Notes under the pieces: generated by a model
The model's input: only the letters and a program-made list of their open reading frames with translations
Told to the model about the DNA's origin: nothing
Databases searched by the model: none
Source: Thermodesulfobacteriota bacterium
Lineage (GTDB): Bacteria; Desulfobacterota_D; UBA1144; Nemesobacterales; UBA2774
Reading direction: 5' to 3'
DNA length: 64,000 bases
Assembly (NCBI GenBank): GCA_965223335.1
Contig: OZ244991.1
Location: 544,001-608,000, forward strand
Part shown: piece by piece, positions 18,346 through 28,727 of the stretch
How positions within the stretch are numbered: the first letter of the stretch is position 1
Layout of the letters: each line of letters starts with the position of its first letter
Position numbers and translations under genes: made by a program

Positions 18346-18543
18346 CTAGTTTAGAGTTTTTTCGTCCTCTTCCTCTAAGTCCTCAATATCGTCATCGTCG
18401 TCATCGTCCCATTCGTCGTCGTCATCAAAAAAGTCATCGTCGTCTTCGTCCCAAAGTTCCTCGTCATCATCTTCCCATTCTTCGTCTTCGTTTTCCCAAT
18501 CATCATCTCTAAGGTACTGATTTTCCTCAATTATCATAATCAT
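18346..18543 (-). CDS. Extremely acidic small protein (41 of 65 residues D/E); true start probably 18537
   Basis: AGGAGA SD is correctly spaced for the second ATG. TTGACT-N16-TATCGT lies upstream (18571-18598). Confidence 0.65.
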   Translation of the reverse strand: MIMIIEENQYLRDDDWENEDEEWEDDDEELWDEDDDDFFDDDDEWDDDDDDDIEDLEEEDEKTLN

Positions 18544-18624
18544 TCTCCTGAAAATTCGAATCTATCTGAAACGATACATAGTGGCGAATAAAAGTCAAGA
18601 TAAAAAAGCAGGTTACGGCATTTA

Positions 18625-19632
18625 TTAACTATACTCGCATAAAAATTCCTCTGCCTTACGCACCATATCTTCCGACCCGATGAATATTGGGGTCCTCTGA
18701 TGCAGCATAGTGGGCTCGATGTCCAAAATCCTGTTTCTACCGTCAGTAGCCCGTCCACCGGCCTGCTCTACAATAAACGCCATAGGGTTGCACTCGTAAA
18801 GTAGTCTCAATTTCCCCTCGGGATTGTCTTTGGACTGAGGGTAAATAAATATTCCTCCGGTAATCAGGTTTCTATGAATGTCGGCTACCATAGATCCGAT
18901 ATATCTGGACGAGTACGGTCTGTTGGTGCTGTCGTCAACCTCTTTACAGTAGCGTATAAACTGTTGGACACCTTTGGGAAACGACACGAAGTTCCCCTGA
19001 TTAACCGAGTACAAACGGCCCACCTTAGGTAATTTCATATCGGGATGGGACAGACAAAATTCCCCTATAGAGGGATCGAGTGTAAACCCGTTTACCCCGC
19101 GGCCCGTGGTGTAAACAAGCATAGTAGATGAGCCGTATATCACATATCCGGCAGCGGCTTGGAGCGCGCCTTTTTGCAGAAAATCCTCAATGGTAGCAGG
19201 CCCGGGCACCTCTGATACACGGCGGTATATCGAGAATATAGTCCCCACAGATACATTTACATCGATGTTGGACGAACCGTCCAGAGGGTCTAGCGCCACT
19301 ACGTATTTTGCGTTGTGCGATATGTCGCTATCGAAAGTAAGAAAGTCTGTGTTTTCCTCGGACGCAACCCCCGAGCACTCGCCCCCGACCTCAAGCGCAG
19401 CGATAAACCTCGAGTTGGCGAACACATCCAATTTCTTGACGTCTTCTCCCTGTACATTAGTTGCACCCGTACTGCCAAGGATATCTACAAGCCCGGCTTT
19501 ATTTACCTCTCTGTTTACTACCTTGGCTGCAAGCCCTATGTCCCTAAGCAGGCGCGACAGCTCTCCCTGGGCATAGGGGAAGTCCTTTTGCCGTCTGATT
19601 ACAAATTCATCCAGTGTCTCTAGGCCGATCAT
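18625..19632 (-). CDS. fbp: Fructose-1,6-bisphosphatase class 1
   Basis: [41 protein letters not shown]. Confidence 0.97.
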   Translation of the reverse strand: MIGLETLDEFVIRRQKDFPYAQGELSRLLRDIGLAAKVVNREVNKAGLVDILGSTGATNVQGEDVKKLDVFANSRFIAALEVGGECSGVASEENTDFLTFDSDISHNAKYVVALDPLDGSSNIDVNVSVGTIFSIYRRVSEVPGPATIEDFLQKGALQAAAGYVIYGSSTMLVYTTGRGVNGFTLDPSIGEFCLSHPDMKLPKVGRLYSVNQGNFVSFPKGVQQFIRYCKEVDDSTNRPYSSRYIGSMVADIHRNLITGGIFIYPQSKDNPEGKLRLLYECNPMAFIVEQAGGRATDGRNRILDIEPTMLHQRTPIFIGSEDMVRKAEEFLCEYS

Positions 19633-19760
19633 GGAAATTATATTACCAAACCATTATGGTTATAGAAAGCAGTGCGCCGTAACTTGCTGATATGACAAGA
19701 CATATTGTTGATCTGTGGCCTGCTAATAGGGGCCCGAAGCTGAACAAATCGATTGTTCTA

Positions 19761-20351
19761 TCATTTATTAATATCGATGTTACCCAGCTTTTTCACATTC
19801 TCCGACTCTTTTAGCTTCATTGCTGCCTCTAAACCCTTTTCCCTAATCAGGTCCCTCGCCCTCTCGATGTTGCCCCTTAGGTCATCGGGTACCGTTTCTC
19901 GGGCTATTCCGTATACCTCAGCTAGGTATGGAAGGGTTTTAGAGCTCTTTATTTCTTTGTCTTCATCCGCATAAAACAGGCTAAGAACAAAGACAAATAG
20001 GATTGCAACCACTGTACCTATAACGAGCCCTATCAAGGCCCCGCCCAATCTGTTTAAGAAATCGAGTTTTAGGTTGCCGATTATCTTAGCTGTTATCCAC
20101 CCTATCATTTGTATAACAACATAGGCAACGAAGCTTAGGATTATAAACCCCCCAACATTGGCAACTGCTTCGTTGCTGACTAAACCCCTAGCGATAAACT
20201 CCTTGCCCACTATATCATAGAATATGAACCCGGCTGCGACCCCGCCGATTACAGCCGAGAGGGAAAACACCTGCCTTACAAATCCTCTGTAAACTCCCGC
20301 TAATGTAAAGATGAGTAATAACAGCACAACCGAAGCGTCTATCCAATTCAT
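19761..20351 (-). CDS. cvpA: CvpA family membrane protein
   Basis: MNWID...GVYRGFVRQVFSL and LNRLGGALIG, four TM segments. Confidence 0.85.
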   Translation of the reverse strand: MNWIDASVVLLLLIFTLAGVYRGFVRQVFSLSAVIGGVAAGFIFYDIVGKEFIARGLVSNEAVANVGGFIILSFVAYVVIQMIGWITAKIIGNLKLDFLNRLGGALIGLVIGTVVAILFVFVLSLFYADEDKEIKSSKTLPYLAEVYGIARETVPDDLRGNIERARDLIREKGLEAAMKLKESENVKKLGNIDINK

Positions 20352-20368
20352 CTCTAGTATTTAATCTC

Positions 20369-23300
20369 CTATAAGTACACTGTCTCGACACGAGAACCTA
20401 TCCCAGGCTCCTTAGTTACATCTATCCTTACCGGAAAACGCTCTTTTAACTCATCCACATGGGTGATTGCGAGTATCAAATCGAAGTCGTCTTTGATAGA
20501 GTCGATCACATTCACAAATAACTCCAAACCCTCTTTATCCTGTGTCCCGAATCCCTCATCAACCACTAACGTTCTTAACTCCGCCCCTGAGCGGTTGGCT
20601 ATAAATTTCGATATAGCTACACGAAGCGCAAAATCTATCCTAAACGCTTCCCCGCCCGAGAATGTTTCGTAACTCCTTGTACCCGAGCTGTCGGCTATGG
20701 CTATCTCGAGTGTTTCCCTTTCCCCGCCGCTCTGTCGGGGTTTTAGCATCTCGAGGCTAACGAGCATCGCACCGTCTGTAAGCCTCGAAAGTATACGGTT
20801 AGCCTCTTGTTCTATCTCTGGGACAGCGTTCTCTATAATGAGCGCCTGTATCCCGTTTTTACCAAACGCCGTGGAAAGCTCTTTGAAAACGGATATATCA
20901 TATCTTATCTTTTCAACTACTCCCAAGACCTCATTTTTTTTCGCCGACAGGCCCTCGATACGATCTATGCTGTTTTCTACCGAGGTTCGTCTCTCGATAA
21001 CGCCATCCCTCTTTTCTTTTAAGGCAGAAATTGTATTGTCGTTACTTTGTTTTCTTGACTCAAGATCCTTTGCAATCCCCTTGTTCCCTTTTGTTTTTTC
21101 CACCTCTTTTTCAAGGTTTGCCAACATTGTATTCATCGATTCGGTTTCTTTGACTAGTTTCTCACGCTGCTCGAGTCTGAATATTGCACTAAGCTTTACG
21201 CTCTCTAACCCCTCTTTATCTTTAACAAATTCCTTATGCGCTTCCAGATCTTTTTTCGTTTCATTGTGCTTTACGGGATTATACTCTAATTTAGAAAGCT
21301 CATTCTCTATCTCATCCGCTTTCTTATAAAGCTCTTTTGCGTAACTACCCTCCTCAAGCTTCTTTTGTATAGGCTGTATCTCATTTTTTATCGATGCAAT
21401 CTCTTTTTCTATCTTGCCCTTATTTTTTTTGTCCTGCACCAGCATAGCATGTTCGGTTCCATAGTGCTCTAGCTCCCGGACTGTTTTAGTTACGAGCTTA
21501 TGATCATCCTCCGAGTAACCTAATAGGTCTATCTCCCGCTGGATAGAGGTCAACTGTTCTTTTAGATCACCGGCATATGAACCATCGGTCAGTATGTTCT
21601 TTTCTTCTGCGATTTGGTCACTGAGCCTTTCATATTCATCTACCTCTCTTTGCACATTTTTTAACTCCTGCCACTTCTCGCCAGCGCTTTTAACCAACTG
21701 ATCCAGGTTGAGCACGGATTTCTCGAGTTTTTTTATTTTGGTGTTTAGAAGTTTTTTCTTTTTCTCGGCTCTACTTATATCAGTGCACACAGTCGCTAAC
21801 TTAGACTGATAACTATCGACAAGACCCCTCAGCTTATCTATTAGTGCTTCCTTGGCCTCCAACCCCAGTTGTGTCTCGCATAGGGGGCACTCACATTGAG
21901 TGTGTTCGGTCTCTAGAACAGCGAGTTTCTCGGTTTCTTCAGCGCTACGGCCCTCAAGCCCCCGGGCCTTGGATTGCAGTACCTTTATATTCTCATCCAG
22001 GGCTTTTAAATCCTCTAGACTGCTTTGCATCTGTGTTTCGGCAGACTTGGCATCCTCGATTTTAGTTAGGAGCAATTCGTGTTCCTCTCGTATTTTAACC
22101 AGCCGTTTTGGACTTGCATTTAGATTGCCGAGTTGATTGGAGAGCTCTGTGATCTTGGTCTCGATCTTAATTTTACGCTTAGAGATCTCGGAGTTGACCT
22201 CTGCCATTTCCTTGGTAAATTCCTGCCACGACTGTCTTTTATCCTGCATTGTGGCATCTTCCGCTTTAGCACCTACGAGTTTCTTGTACCCTTCTTGGAC
22301 TTTGTCTTCATTTTTCAGATTCGCTGCTATACCGCCTAGTGTGCGCTCAAGTTCAGCCTCTTTTCCCTTGAGCGTGCTTAGCTCGCGCTCAATCTTAGCC
22401 CTCTTATCCTTTATCCGGTTTTTTGCTTTGGCTACCTCTGTTTCAAGCTTGGATTTGTGGATCTGTGTTTTTGTGAATTCCCTCTCCAAATCGCTTAATC
22501 GTTCATACTCTTTGTACCCGGCAGTTATCTCACCCTCTCTCTCTATAATCTTGTTATCAGCTTTAATTTGATCCTCAAGTGCCTCGTACTCTTTTTTTAT
22601 TTCATCCAACTTCGTGTGTCCGGACGCTATTTCAGCAACATACTTGTTATGTAACTCGATACTCGCCCTCAGTGTTTCAAACTGTTTTATTATCTCAACA
22701 TGCTCTTTTTCTTTGGCAGCTATAGACTCTCTAACCTTTTTTTCTTCGGCCTGTATGAGTTTCAGTTGTGCCTTCAAAGCCTCGTAATTAGCGGTCTCGG
22801 CCTCTATCCTCTCAAGCTCCTTTTCCTGTAAATCAATATCATGGCCAAGAGTGTTTGAGCGCTCTCGGGATTTTTTTGATATCTGCTCGTACCTGTCTAA
22901 ATTGAGTATTTTCGATAATACATTTTTTCTCTCTACCGGTGTCCTTTTTGTAAACTCGTCGGCCATGCCCTGTAATATGAACGATGAACATATAAACGAG
23001 TCAAAATCCATTTTTAACAGTTTTGAGATTTCTGCCTGAGCCCCACGGCCTTCTCCCAAGGGCTTATACTGCCCGCTCTCGGGATCGTAGACCTGAAGGT
23101 GGGTTGTGCTTACAGCACCCCGTTTTTTTCGTTGTAGCTGACGAAGGATTCTATAGCTATTGCGCTCGACCTCGAACTCAAGCTCCACAGCTGCCGTATC
23201 GCCCCCCCGGTTAATCACCTCCTCGCTATTTCTCACCCTACACCGTCCCCATAGTGCCCATGTAACGGCATCCAGGATAGCTGACTTTCCATGGCCGTTT

Positions 23301-23401
23301 CGCCCAGACAGGCATGCAAGTCTAAACGACGAGAAGTCGAGTACTGTCGGGTCACTGCCGTAACTTAAGAAATTTGTTAGAGTAAGTTTAGTTGGTACCA
23401 T
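20369..23401 (-). CDS. sbcC: SbcC/Rad50-like SMC ATPase
   Basis: NFLSY, Walker A GRNGHGKS, CPLC zinc hook inside a coiled coil, FSGGE signature, VVDEGFG. Likely start is MVPTKL. Confidence 0.92.
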   Translation of the reverse strand: MVPTKLTLTNFLSYGSDPTVLDFSSFRLACLSGRNGHGKSAILDAVTWALWGRCRVRNSEEVINRGGDTAAVELEFEVERNSYRILRQLQRKKRGAVSTTHLQVYDPESGQYKPLGEGRGAQAEISKLLKMDFDSFICSSFILQGMADEFTKRTPVERKNVLSKILNLDRYEQISKKSRERSNTLGHDIDLQEKELERIEAETANYEALKAQLKLIQAEEKKVRESIAAKEKEHVEIIKQFETLRASIELHNKYVAEIASGHTKLDEIKKEYEALEDQIKADNKIIEREGEITAGYKEYERLSDLEREFTKTQIHKSKLETEVAKAKNRIKDKRAKIERELSTLKGKEAELERTLGGIAANLKNEDKVQEGYKKLVGAKAEDATMQDKRQSWQEFTKEMAEVNSEISKRKIKIETKITELSNQLGNLNASPKRLVKIREEHELLLTKIEDAKSAETQMQSSLEDLKALDENIKVLQSKARGLEGRSAEETEKLAVLETEHTQCECPLCETQLGLEAKEALIDKLRGLVDSYQSKLATVCTDISRAEKKKKLLNTKIKKLEKSVLNLDQLVKSAGEKWQELKNVQREVDEYERLSDQIAEEKNILTDGSYAGDLKEQLTSIQREIDLLGYSEDDHKLVTKTVRELEHYGTEHAMLVQDKKNKGKIEKEIASIKNEIQPIQKKLEEGSYAKELYKKADEIENELSKLEYNPVKHNETKKDLEAHKEFVKDKEGLESVKLSAIFRLEQREKLVKETESMNTMLANLEKEVEKTKGNKGIAKDLESRKQSNDNTISALKEKRDGVIERRTSVENSIDRIEGLSAKKNEVLGVVEKIRYDISVFKELSTAFGKNGIQALIIENAVPEIEQEANRILSRLTDGAMLVSLEMLKPRQSGGERETLEIAIADSSGTRSYETFSGGEAFRIDFALRVAISKFIANRSGAELRTLVVDEGFGTQDKEGLELFVNVIDSIKDDFDLILAITHVDELKERFPVRIDVTKEPGIGSRVETVYL

Positions 23402-23537
23402 TAGACGATTATTTAGATAAGATAACATTACCCAGCATCATCTGCCAGGTCACCGAAAATGAATGCGGATTGTTTCTGATAACGAGAAATCCCCTGCATT
23501 TTGACTTATATATGGGGTTCAGATAACTTAATCGGCG

Positions 23538-24518
23538 ATGGGTCTTTCTGACATCTTATCCATAATATCAGGTGAGTTAGAAGAGGTTGAACAAGAGCTT
23601 GACTCCCAAGTTCAATCCCCGATCCCACTTGTATACGATATGTCCAAATACCTGCTTGGAAGCGGGGGCAAGAGGCTCCGCCCATCGGTCCTGCTGCTCT
23701 CGAGCGGGCTCTTTAACAACAACACAGGCCGCTCGAGAATCATTGCCGCCACTGCATTGGAACTCATCCACACCGCTTCACTCTTACACGACGACGTTGT
23801 GGACGACGCCAAACTGCGCAGGGGCAATGCCTCGTCCAACGTCGTTTGGGGTAATAAACCCACCGTACTTGTAGGCGATTTTATGCTGGCTAAGGCTCTT
23901 GGGCTGCTAGAGCAATGCGGGAGTCTAAAGCTTATAAAGACTGTGACTGATGCAGCATCTAAATTAGCCGAGGGGCAAGTGCTCGAGGTCATGAACTCGG
24001 AGAATATGGCGGAAGTCACACGGGAGGTCTGCTTTAAGATAATCGAACTTAAAACCGCCTCTTTAATAGAAAGTTGTAGCGTGGCAGGTGGAATATTGGC
24101 AGGTGTTAGTGACGATGAGCTTAAATCAGTGACCGTATACGGACAGAATATCGGGATGGCATTTCAGCTTGTAGATGACGCTTTGGATTATTCCTCCAAC
24201 GAACAGACTTTCGGCAAAGAGGTAGGTCAGGACCTTGAGGAAGGCAAAATGACCCTGCCACTTCTATATGCACTCAGCGAATCAAACGAAGAACAACAAA
24301 AAGTTCTTAAAGACATCATGAACAAAAAAGATCTTGAGCAAGATGATCTTAATATTATTCGCGATGCTGTAATGAAACACGAAGGGGTGTCTAAAACTAC
24401 AAAGATTGCCAAAGAATATGTAGAGAAAGCCAAAGAAGCTATAGATCCCCTACCCGAGAGCACCCACAAATCATCACTTCTAAATCTAGCGCAATACATA
24501 GTCGAGCGAGACAAGTAG
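23538..24518 (+). CDS. ispB: Polyprenyl diphosphate synthase (octaprenyl-type)
   Basis: GGKRLRP, LHDDVVD..LRRG, FQLVDD, GQDLEEGKMTLP. Confidence 0.88.
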   Translation: MGLSDILSIISGELEEVEQELDSQVQSPIPLVYDMSKYLLGSGGKRLRPSVLLLSSGLFNNNTGRSRIIAATALELIHTASLLHDDVVDDAKLRRGNASSNVVWGNKPTVLVGDFMLAKALGLLEQCGSLKLIKTVTDAASKLAEGQVLEVMNSENMAEVTREVCFKIIELKTASLIESCSVAGGILAGVSDDELKSVTVYGQNIGMAFQLVDDALDYSSNEQTFGKEVGQDLEEGKMTLPLLYALSESNEEQQKVLKDIMNKKDLEQDDLNIIRDAVMKHEGVSKTTKIAKEYVEKAKEAIDPLPESTHKSSLLNLAQYIVERDK

Positions 24519-24524
24519 CTCGTA

Positions 24525-25013
24525 TCATCCGACCCCCAAAGCCCCCACTTCATATATCATCACAATAGCGTCTTCACCCGTATCCGAATAGTACTTGCGC
24601 CTGACCCGAAGTTTACGGAACCCGAGCTTAGCATATAATTTCAATGCACCCGCGTTACTGGGGCGGACCTCAAGGATTATATATTTGAAGTCGTGTTCCT
24701 TCGAATACGCAATGCAGTCGCGGATCAGAGTCTCACCAAGCCCTATCCTACGGAAATCGGGGTGTATTGCGATGTTTAGGATATGAATCTCATCGTATAT
24801 AGACCAGGTGACGATATAACCAACTACCGTGCCCTCGAACCTGATCACGCGCTTATACGACCTCTCGCTTTCAATCTCTCTTTCGAACACGCGCTTTGGC
24901 CAGGGGGACGGAAAACTGACCTGTTCAATAGACACTATGCCGTCCACATCGGTTAAATCCATCTCTGCAATTTCGTATTTAGCCGCAAGTTCCATCAATT
25001 CAAAATGTAACAA
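24525..25013 (-). CDS. rimI: Ribosomal protein S18 alanine N-acetyltransferase
   Basis: SFPSPW, ILNIAIHPDFRRIGLG, LEVRPSN, RKYYSDTGEDA. Confidence 0.9.
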   Translation of the reverse strand: MLHFELMELAAKYEIAEMDLTDVDGIVSIEQVSFPSPWPKRVFEREIESERSYKRVIRFEGTVVGYIVTWSIYDEIHILNIAIHPDFRRIGLGETLIRDCIAYSKEHDFKYIILEVRPSNAGALKLYAKLGFRKLRVRRKYYSDTGEDAIVMIYEVGALGVG

Positions 25014-25399
25014 TTTTAGATGAAACTATCAATAGAATCGTAATTCGGAGACCCATTTCATAAGTGTGTCCCGGTACTTTAAGGATACATTTTCAGTAGA
25101 CCGCTACACATTGTCTATTACTTCGCACTTTTCCTTGATGAAAAGTGCACAAAAATCACCGACTAACGAGATATACGCTAAAAACATGTCAGTGCGGGCT
25201 ATTGATTTTGATCCCTCCCCAGCCCCGAAAATCAATTTTAACTCCGCGCTACCCTGTTTTCTTAACGCTATATCTCTGATGTCAGACTGGGATTTACAAT
25301 CCCATGTGGGAAAGGCAAAAGACTAAAGATATAAAACAACCCTTGGGGACTGGGGGCGTGGAGGCCTCATTCAAAAGGGAGTACCGAGACTTTAGTGCC

Positions 25400-25460
25400 A
25401 ATGGGGACCGATAGGGAGCCGTAGTTTGGCGACTGGAGGGAATAAAATGGGGTCGAGGGA
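25400..25460 (+). repeat. Dispersed extragenic repeat, copy 2 (within a G-rich tract 25340-25465)
   Basis: Aligns with 14851-14915. Confidence 0.65.
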
Positions 25461-25473
25461 GGTAAAAATTAGC

Positions 25474-26564
25474 TCACTGACTCTTAAAATGCTTAAAATA
25501 GAGACCTAACAGGTCTTTCGCGGCAACAAAAGGGCTTTTCTTTCCCAACTCAACCTCGGCTTCAGTCTCTTTTAGATGATTTATTATCTCGGGGTCTTCA
25601 TAGAAATGGTCATGCAAGCTGTTTTTGATACTATCGTGGAGCCATTGTTTGGTTTGCAGCAAGCGGTTTTGTTCAAACTGCCCGCTATCTTTCATCAAAT
25701 CGTTATAATCGCTTATTAACGACCAGATGGTATCGATCCCCTCGTTCTCTTGAGCCGAGCAGGTAACCACACTTGGGACCCATCCTTTTTCAGTCTTAGG
25801 ATAGAGCGAAAGAGCGTTTTCATACTGTTTTTTTGCCAGTTCGGCCATCTTCTTATTTGAGTCGTCGGCTTTTGTGATTGCAATTATGTCTGCAAGCTCC
25901 ATAATCCCGCGCTTAATACCCTGGAGCTCGTCTCCCGCCCCTGCCAAGAGCAATAGAAGGAAGCAATCGACCATCGAGTGCACGGCGGTCTCCGACTGCC
26001 CTACCCCCACAGTTTCTACAAAAATTGTATCAAAGCCCCCTGCTTCGCAGAGTAGTATGGACTCTCGGGTTCTAAGCGTGACACCACCCAGCGACCCGAG
26101 GAGGGCGAGGGTCGGATAAACGCCTTTTTGTTTCGCGCCAACTCCTCCATACGAGTTTTATCCCCCAGTATACTGCCCCCGCTTTTACTGCTTGTAGGGT
26201 CTACAGCCAACACTGCAAGTTTCCTGTTCTCGTCTTCGATGATGTGCTTACCAAATCTCTCTATAAAAGTGCTCTTACCCACCCCGGGCACCCCGGTTAT
26301 TCCTATTCTTATTGAATCCCCCGTGTATGGCAGGCAGAGCTCAATAATCTGTTCGGCCTTGGTGATGTGTCGGGGAAGGGTGCTTTCTACGAGAGTGATG
26401 GCCTGGCTCAGTATAACCCTGTTGCCAATGAGTATCCCCTCTACATACTCACTTACACTCATCTCGTTTTTTGGTTTAAAGGTGATTACATTCCCCGAAT
26501 CCAGGGGGTCGGTTACCTGTGGTTTTTTATTGCGTTTGGAATCGGACTTTTTATCTTCCGACAA
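25474..26564 (-). pseudogene. meaB: Methylmalonyl-CoA mutase chaperone GTPase MeaB, split by a 1-nt deletion (possibly a sequencing error)
   Basis: GITGVPGVGKST and AVDP lie in 26016-26564; ETVGVGQSE lies in 25474-26010. Adding one C to the CCC at 26095-26097 restores [39 protein letters not shown]. Confidence 0.9.
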
Positions 26565-26581
26565 CTGTTATGTTCCTATGA

Positions 26582-28726
26582 CTAATTGTTTTTTTTAATG
26601 TTCTTTAGCATTGTAGAGAGTATTTTTTGCGCAGCCACTGAAATCACCGTTCCCGGGCCGAACACCTCAGACACGCCCTTTGAGAATAGAAAATCATAGT
26701 CCTTCTGCGGTATCACACCCCCGGCTACCACCAAAATATCCTCTCGCCCCAGATCCTTAAGCTCCTCTATCAACTCGGGCACAAGTGTCTTGTGCCCCCC
26801 TGCCAAACTAGAGATCCCTATGATATGTACATCACTCTCCACAGCCTGTTTGGCAGCCTCCCCAGGGGTCTGGAACAACGAGCCTATATCCACATCAAAC
26901 CCCATATCGGCAAAACTCGTAGCAATAACCTTGGCACCTCGGTCGTGGCCGTCCTGTCCCATCTTGGCTATCATAATCCTTGGACGACGGCCCTCGAGCC
27001 CGGCAAATTCGTCAGCCATCTCCTTTGCCTTGCGAAATTCCCTGTCCTCGGATATCTCACCCGAGTACACTCCCGAGATTGACCTCACCACAGCTTTATA
27101 CCTGCCGAACACATTTTCACATGCATCAGATATCTCTCCCAATGTCGCTCGCTTACGCGATGCATCTACTGCCAGCTCCAAGAGGTTACCTTCACCAGTT
27201 TGAGCGCATTTTGTAATCGAGTCAAGTGCCGCCGCAACGCTTTCATTATCTCGATTTTCCTTAATTCTTCGGATACTCTCGATCTGTGCTTGTCTGACTG
27301 CGCTATTGTCCACCTCGAGTATATCTATCGAGCTCTCCTCATCAACGCTGTACTTATTAACACCCACTATCACATCTTTACACGAGTCGATGCGAGCCTG
27401 TTTCCTGGCCGCAGCCTCCTCGATCCGCATCTTGGGTATACCGGTCTCAATGGCTTTTGCCATACCACCCAACTCCTCTATCTCCTCAATCAATTGCCAC
27501 GCGCGTTTTGCGAGCATATGGGTGAGATACTCTACATAATATGACCCGGCCCACGGGTCCACTGACCTGCAGATGTTGGTCTCTTCCTGCAGATAGATCT
27601 GAGTGTTGCGCGCAATCCTTGCCGAGAAATCCGTTGGCAGCGCTATGGCTTCATCCAGAGCGTTTGTGTGGAGAGATTGTGTGCCGCCCAAAGCAGCCGC
27701 GAGGGCCTCTACACAGGTACGTACAGCATTATTAAACGGGTCTTGCTCCGTAAGACTCCAGCCGGAGGTCTGACAATGTGTCCTAAGAGCCATGGACTTT
27801 GGGTTCTTTGGATTGAACCTCTTTACAAGCTTTGCCCAGAGCATACGTGCCGCACGCATCTTGGCGATCTCCATAAAATGGTTCATTCCTATTCCCCAGA
27901 AAAACGAGATCCTGGGCGCAAAGTCGTCCACGTTCATCCCGGCCTCGATCCCGGTGCGTATATACTCGATCCCGTCGGCCAGTGTGTATGCAAGCTCTAT
28001 ATCCGACGAGGCCCCGGCCTCTTCCATGTGATAGCCGCTCACACTGATCGAATTGAACTTGGGCATATTAGACGATGTATAACGGAATATGTCGGCTACA
28101 ATGCGCATAGAGGGCTCGGGCGGGTATATATAGGTATTCCTGACCATAAACTCCTTTAGGATATCGTTTTGTATAGTACCGCTTAATTTATCAGGTGTTA
28201 CACCCTGCTCCTCGGCCGCAACTATGTAAAACGCCATAACTGGCAGCACCGCACCGTTCATTGTCATTGACACAGAGATCTCGTCCAATGGGATCTGATC
28301 AAAGAGGACTTTCATGTCCTCGACAGTATCTATGGCTACCCCGGCTTTACCCACATCGCCCACAACCCTTTTGTGATCCGAGTCGTAGCCCCGGTGTGTG
28401 GGCAGGTCAAATGCTACGGATAGGCCCTTTTGCCCAGCCGCTAGGTTCCTTCGGTAAAACGCGTTTGATTCCTCGGCGGTAGAGAACCCCGCGTACTGAC
28501 GGATTGTCCACGGACGAGTGGTATACATGCTTGAATACGGGCCCCGGAGAAACGGTGCCATACCGGCACCGAAACAGAGATGATCCATCCCCTCGATATC
28601 CTCATGCGTGTATACCGATTCAACCCCTATACCCTCGGGCGTATTCCAAACAGTCTTGGTCCTGGGTCTATCGTTCGAATCCGAGGCTTTACTCTTAAAT
28701 TCAATTTTTGAGAAATCAGGACGCAT
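26582..28726 (-). CDS. scpA: Methylmalonyl-CoA mutase, catalytic subunit
   Basis: [25 protein letters not shown]12-binding [10 protein letters not shown]. Confidence 0.97.
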   Translation of the reverse strand: MRPDFSKIEFKSKASDSNDRPRTKTVWNTPEGIGVESVYTHEDIEGMDHLCFGAGMAPFLRGPYSSMYTTRPWTIRQYAGFSTAEESNAFYRRNLAAGQKGLSVAFDLPTHRGYDSDHKRVVGDVGKAGVAIDTVEDMKVLFDQIPLDEISVSMTMNGAVLPVMAFYIVAAEEQGVTPDKLSGTIQNDILKEFMVRNTYIYPPEPSMRIVADIFRYTSSNMPKFNSISVSGYHMEEAGASSDIELAYTLADGIEYIRTGIEAGMNVDDFAPRISFFWGIGMNHFMEIAKMRAARMLWAKLVKRFNPKNPKSMALRTHCQTSGWSLTEQDPFNNAVRTCVEALAAALGGTQSLHTNALDEAIALPTDFSARIARNTQIYLQEETNICRSVDPWAGSYYVEYLTHMLAKRAWQLIEEIEELGGMAKAIETGIPKMRIEEAAARKQARIDSCKDVIVGVNKYSVDEESSIDILEVDNSAVRQAQIESIRRIKENRDNESVAAALDSITKCAQTGEGNLLELAVDASRKRATLGEISDACENVFGRYKAVVRSISGVYSGEISEDREFRKAKEMADEFAGLEGRRPRIMIAKMGQDGHDRGAKVIATSFADMGFDVDIGSLFQTPGEAAKQAVESDVHIIGISSLAGGHKTLVPELIEELKDLGREDILVVAGGVIPQKDYDFLFSKGVSEVFGPGTVISVAAQKILSTMLKNIKKNN

Positions 28727-28727
28727 T

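Noticed and set aside
18324..18512. Arg/His-rich plus-strand ORF
   Set aside because: Antisense reading of the acidic ORF, which has the SD and promoter-like signals.
20463..23363. Long antisense ORFs over sbcC and similar ones across the window
   Set aside because: They fully overlap well-supported genes on the other strand and show no protein motifs.
25042..25080. Short GTGTCCCGG / GGGGACA motifs (also near 45783 and 47995) as REP remnants
   Set aside because: Too short and degenerate to separate from chance without a genome-wide count.
25330..25470. 6S RNA, tmRNA, RNase P, SRP RNA or cobalamin riboswitch
   Set aside because: I could not find their hallmark motifs. The partial match to 14851-14915 favours a dispersed repeat.
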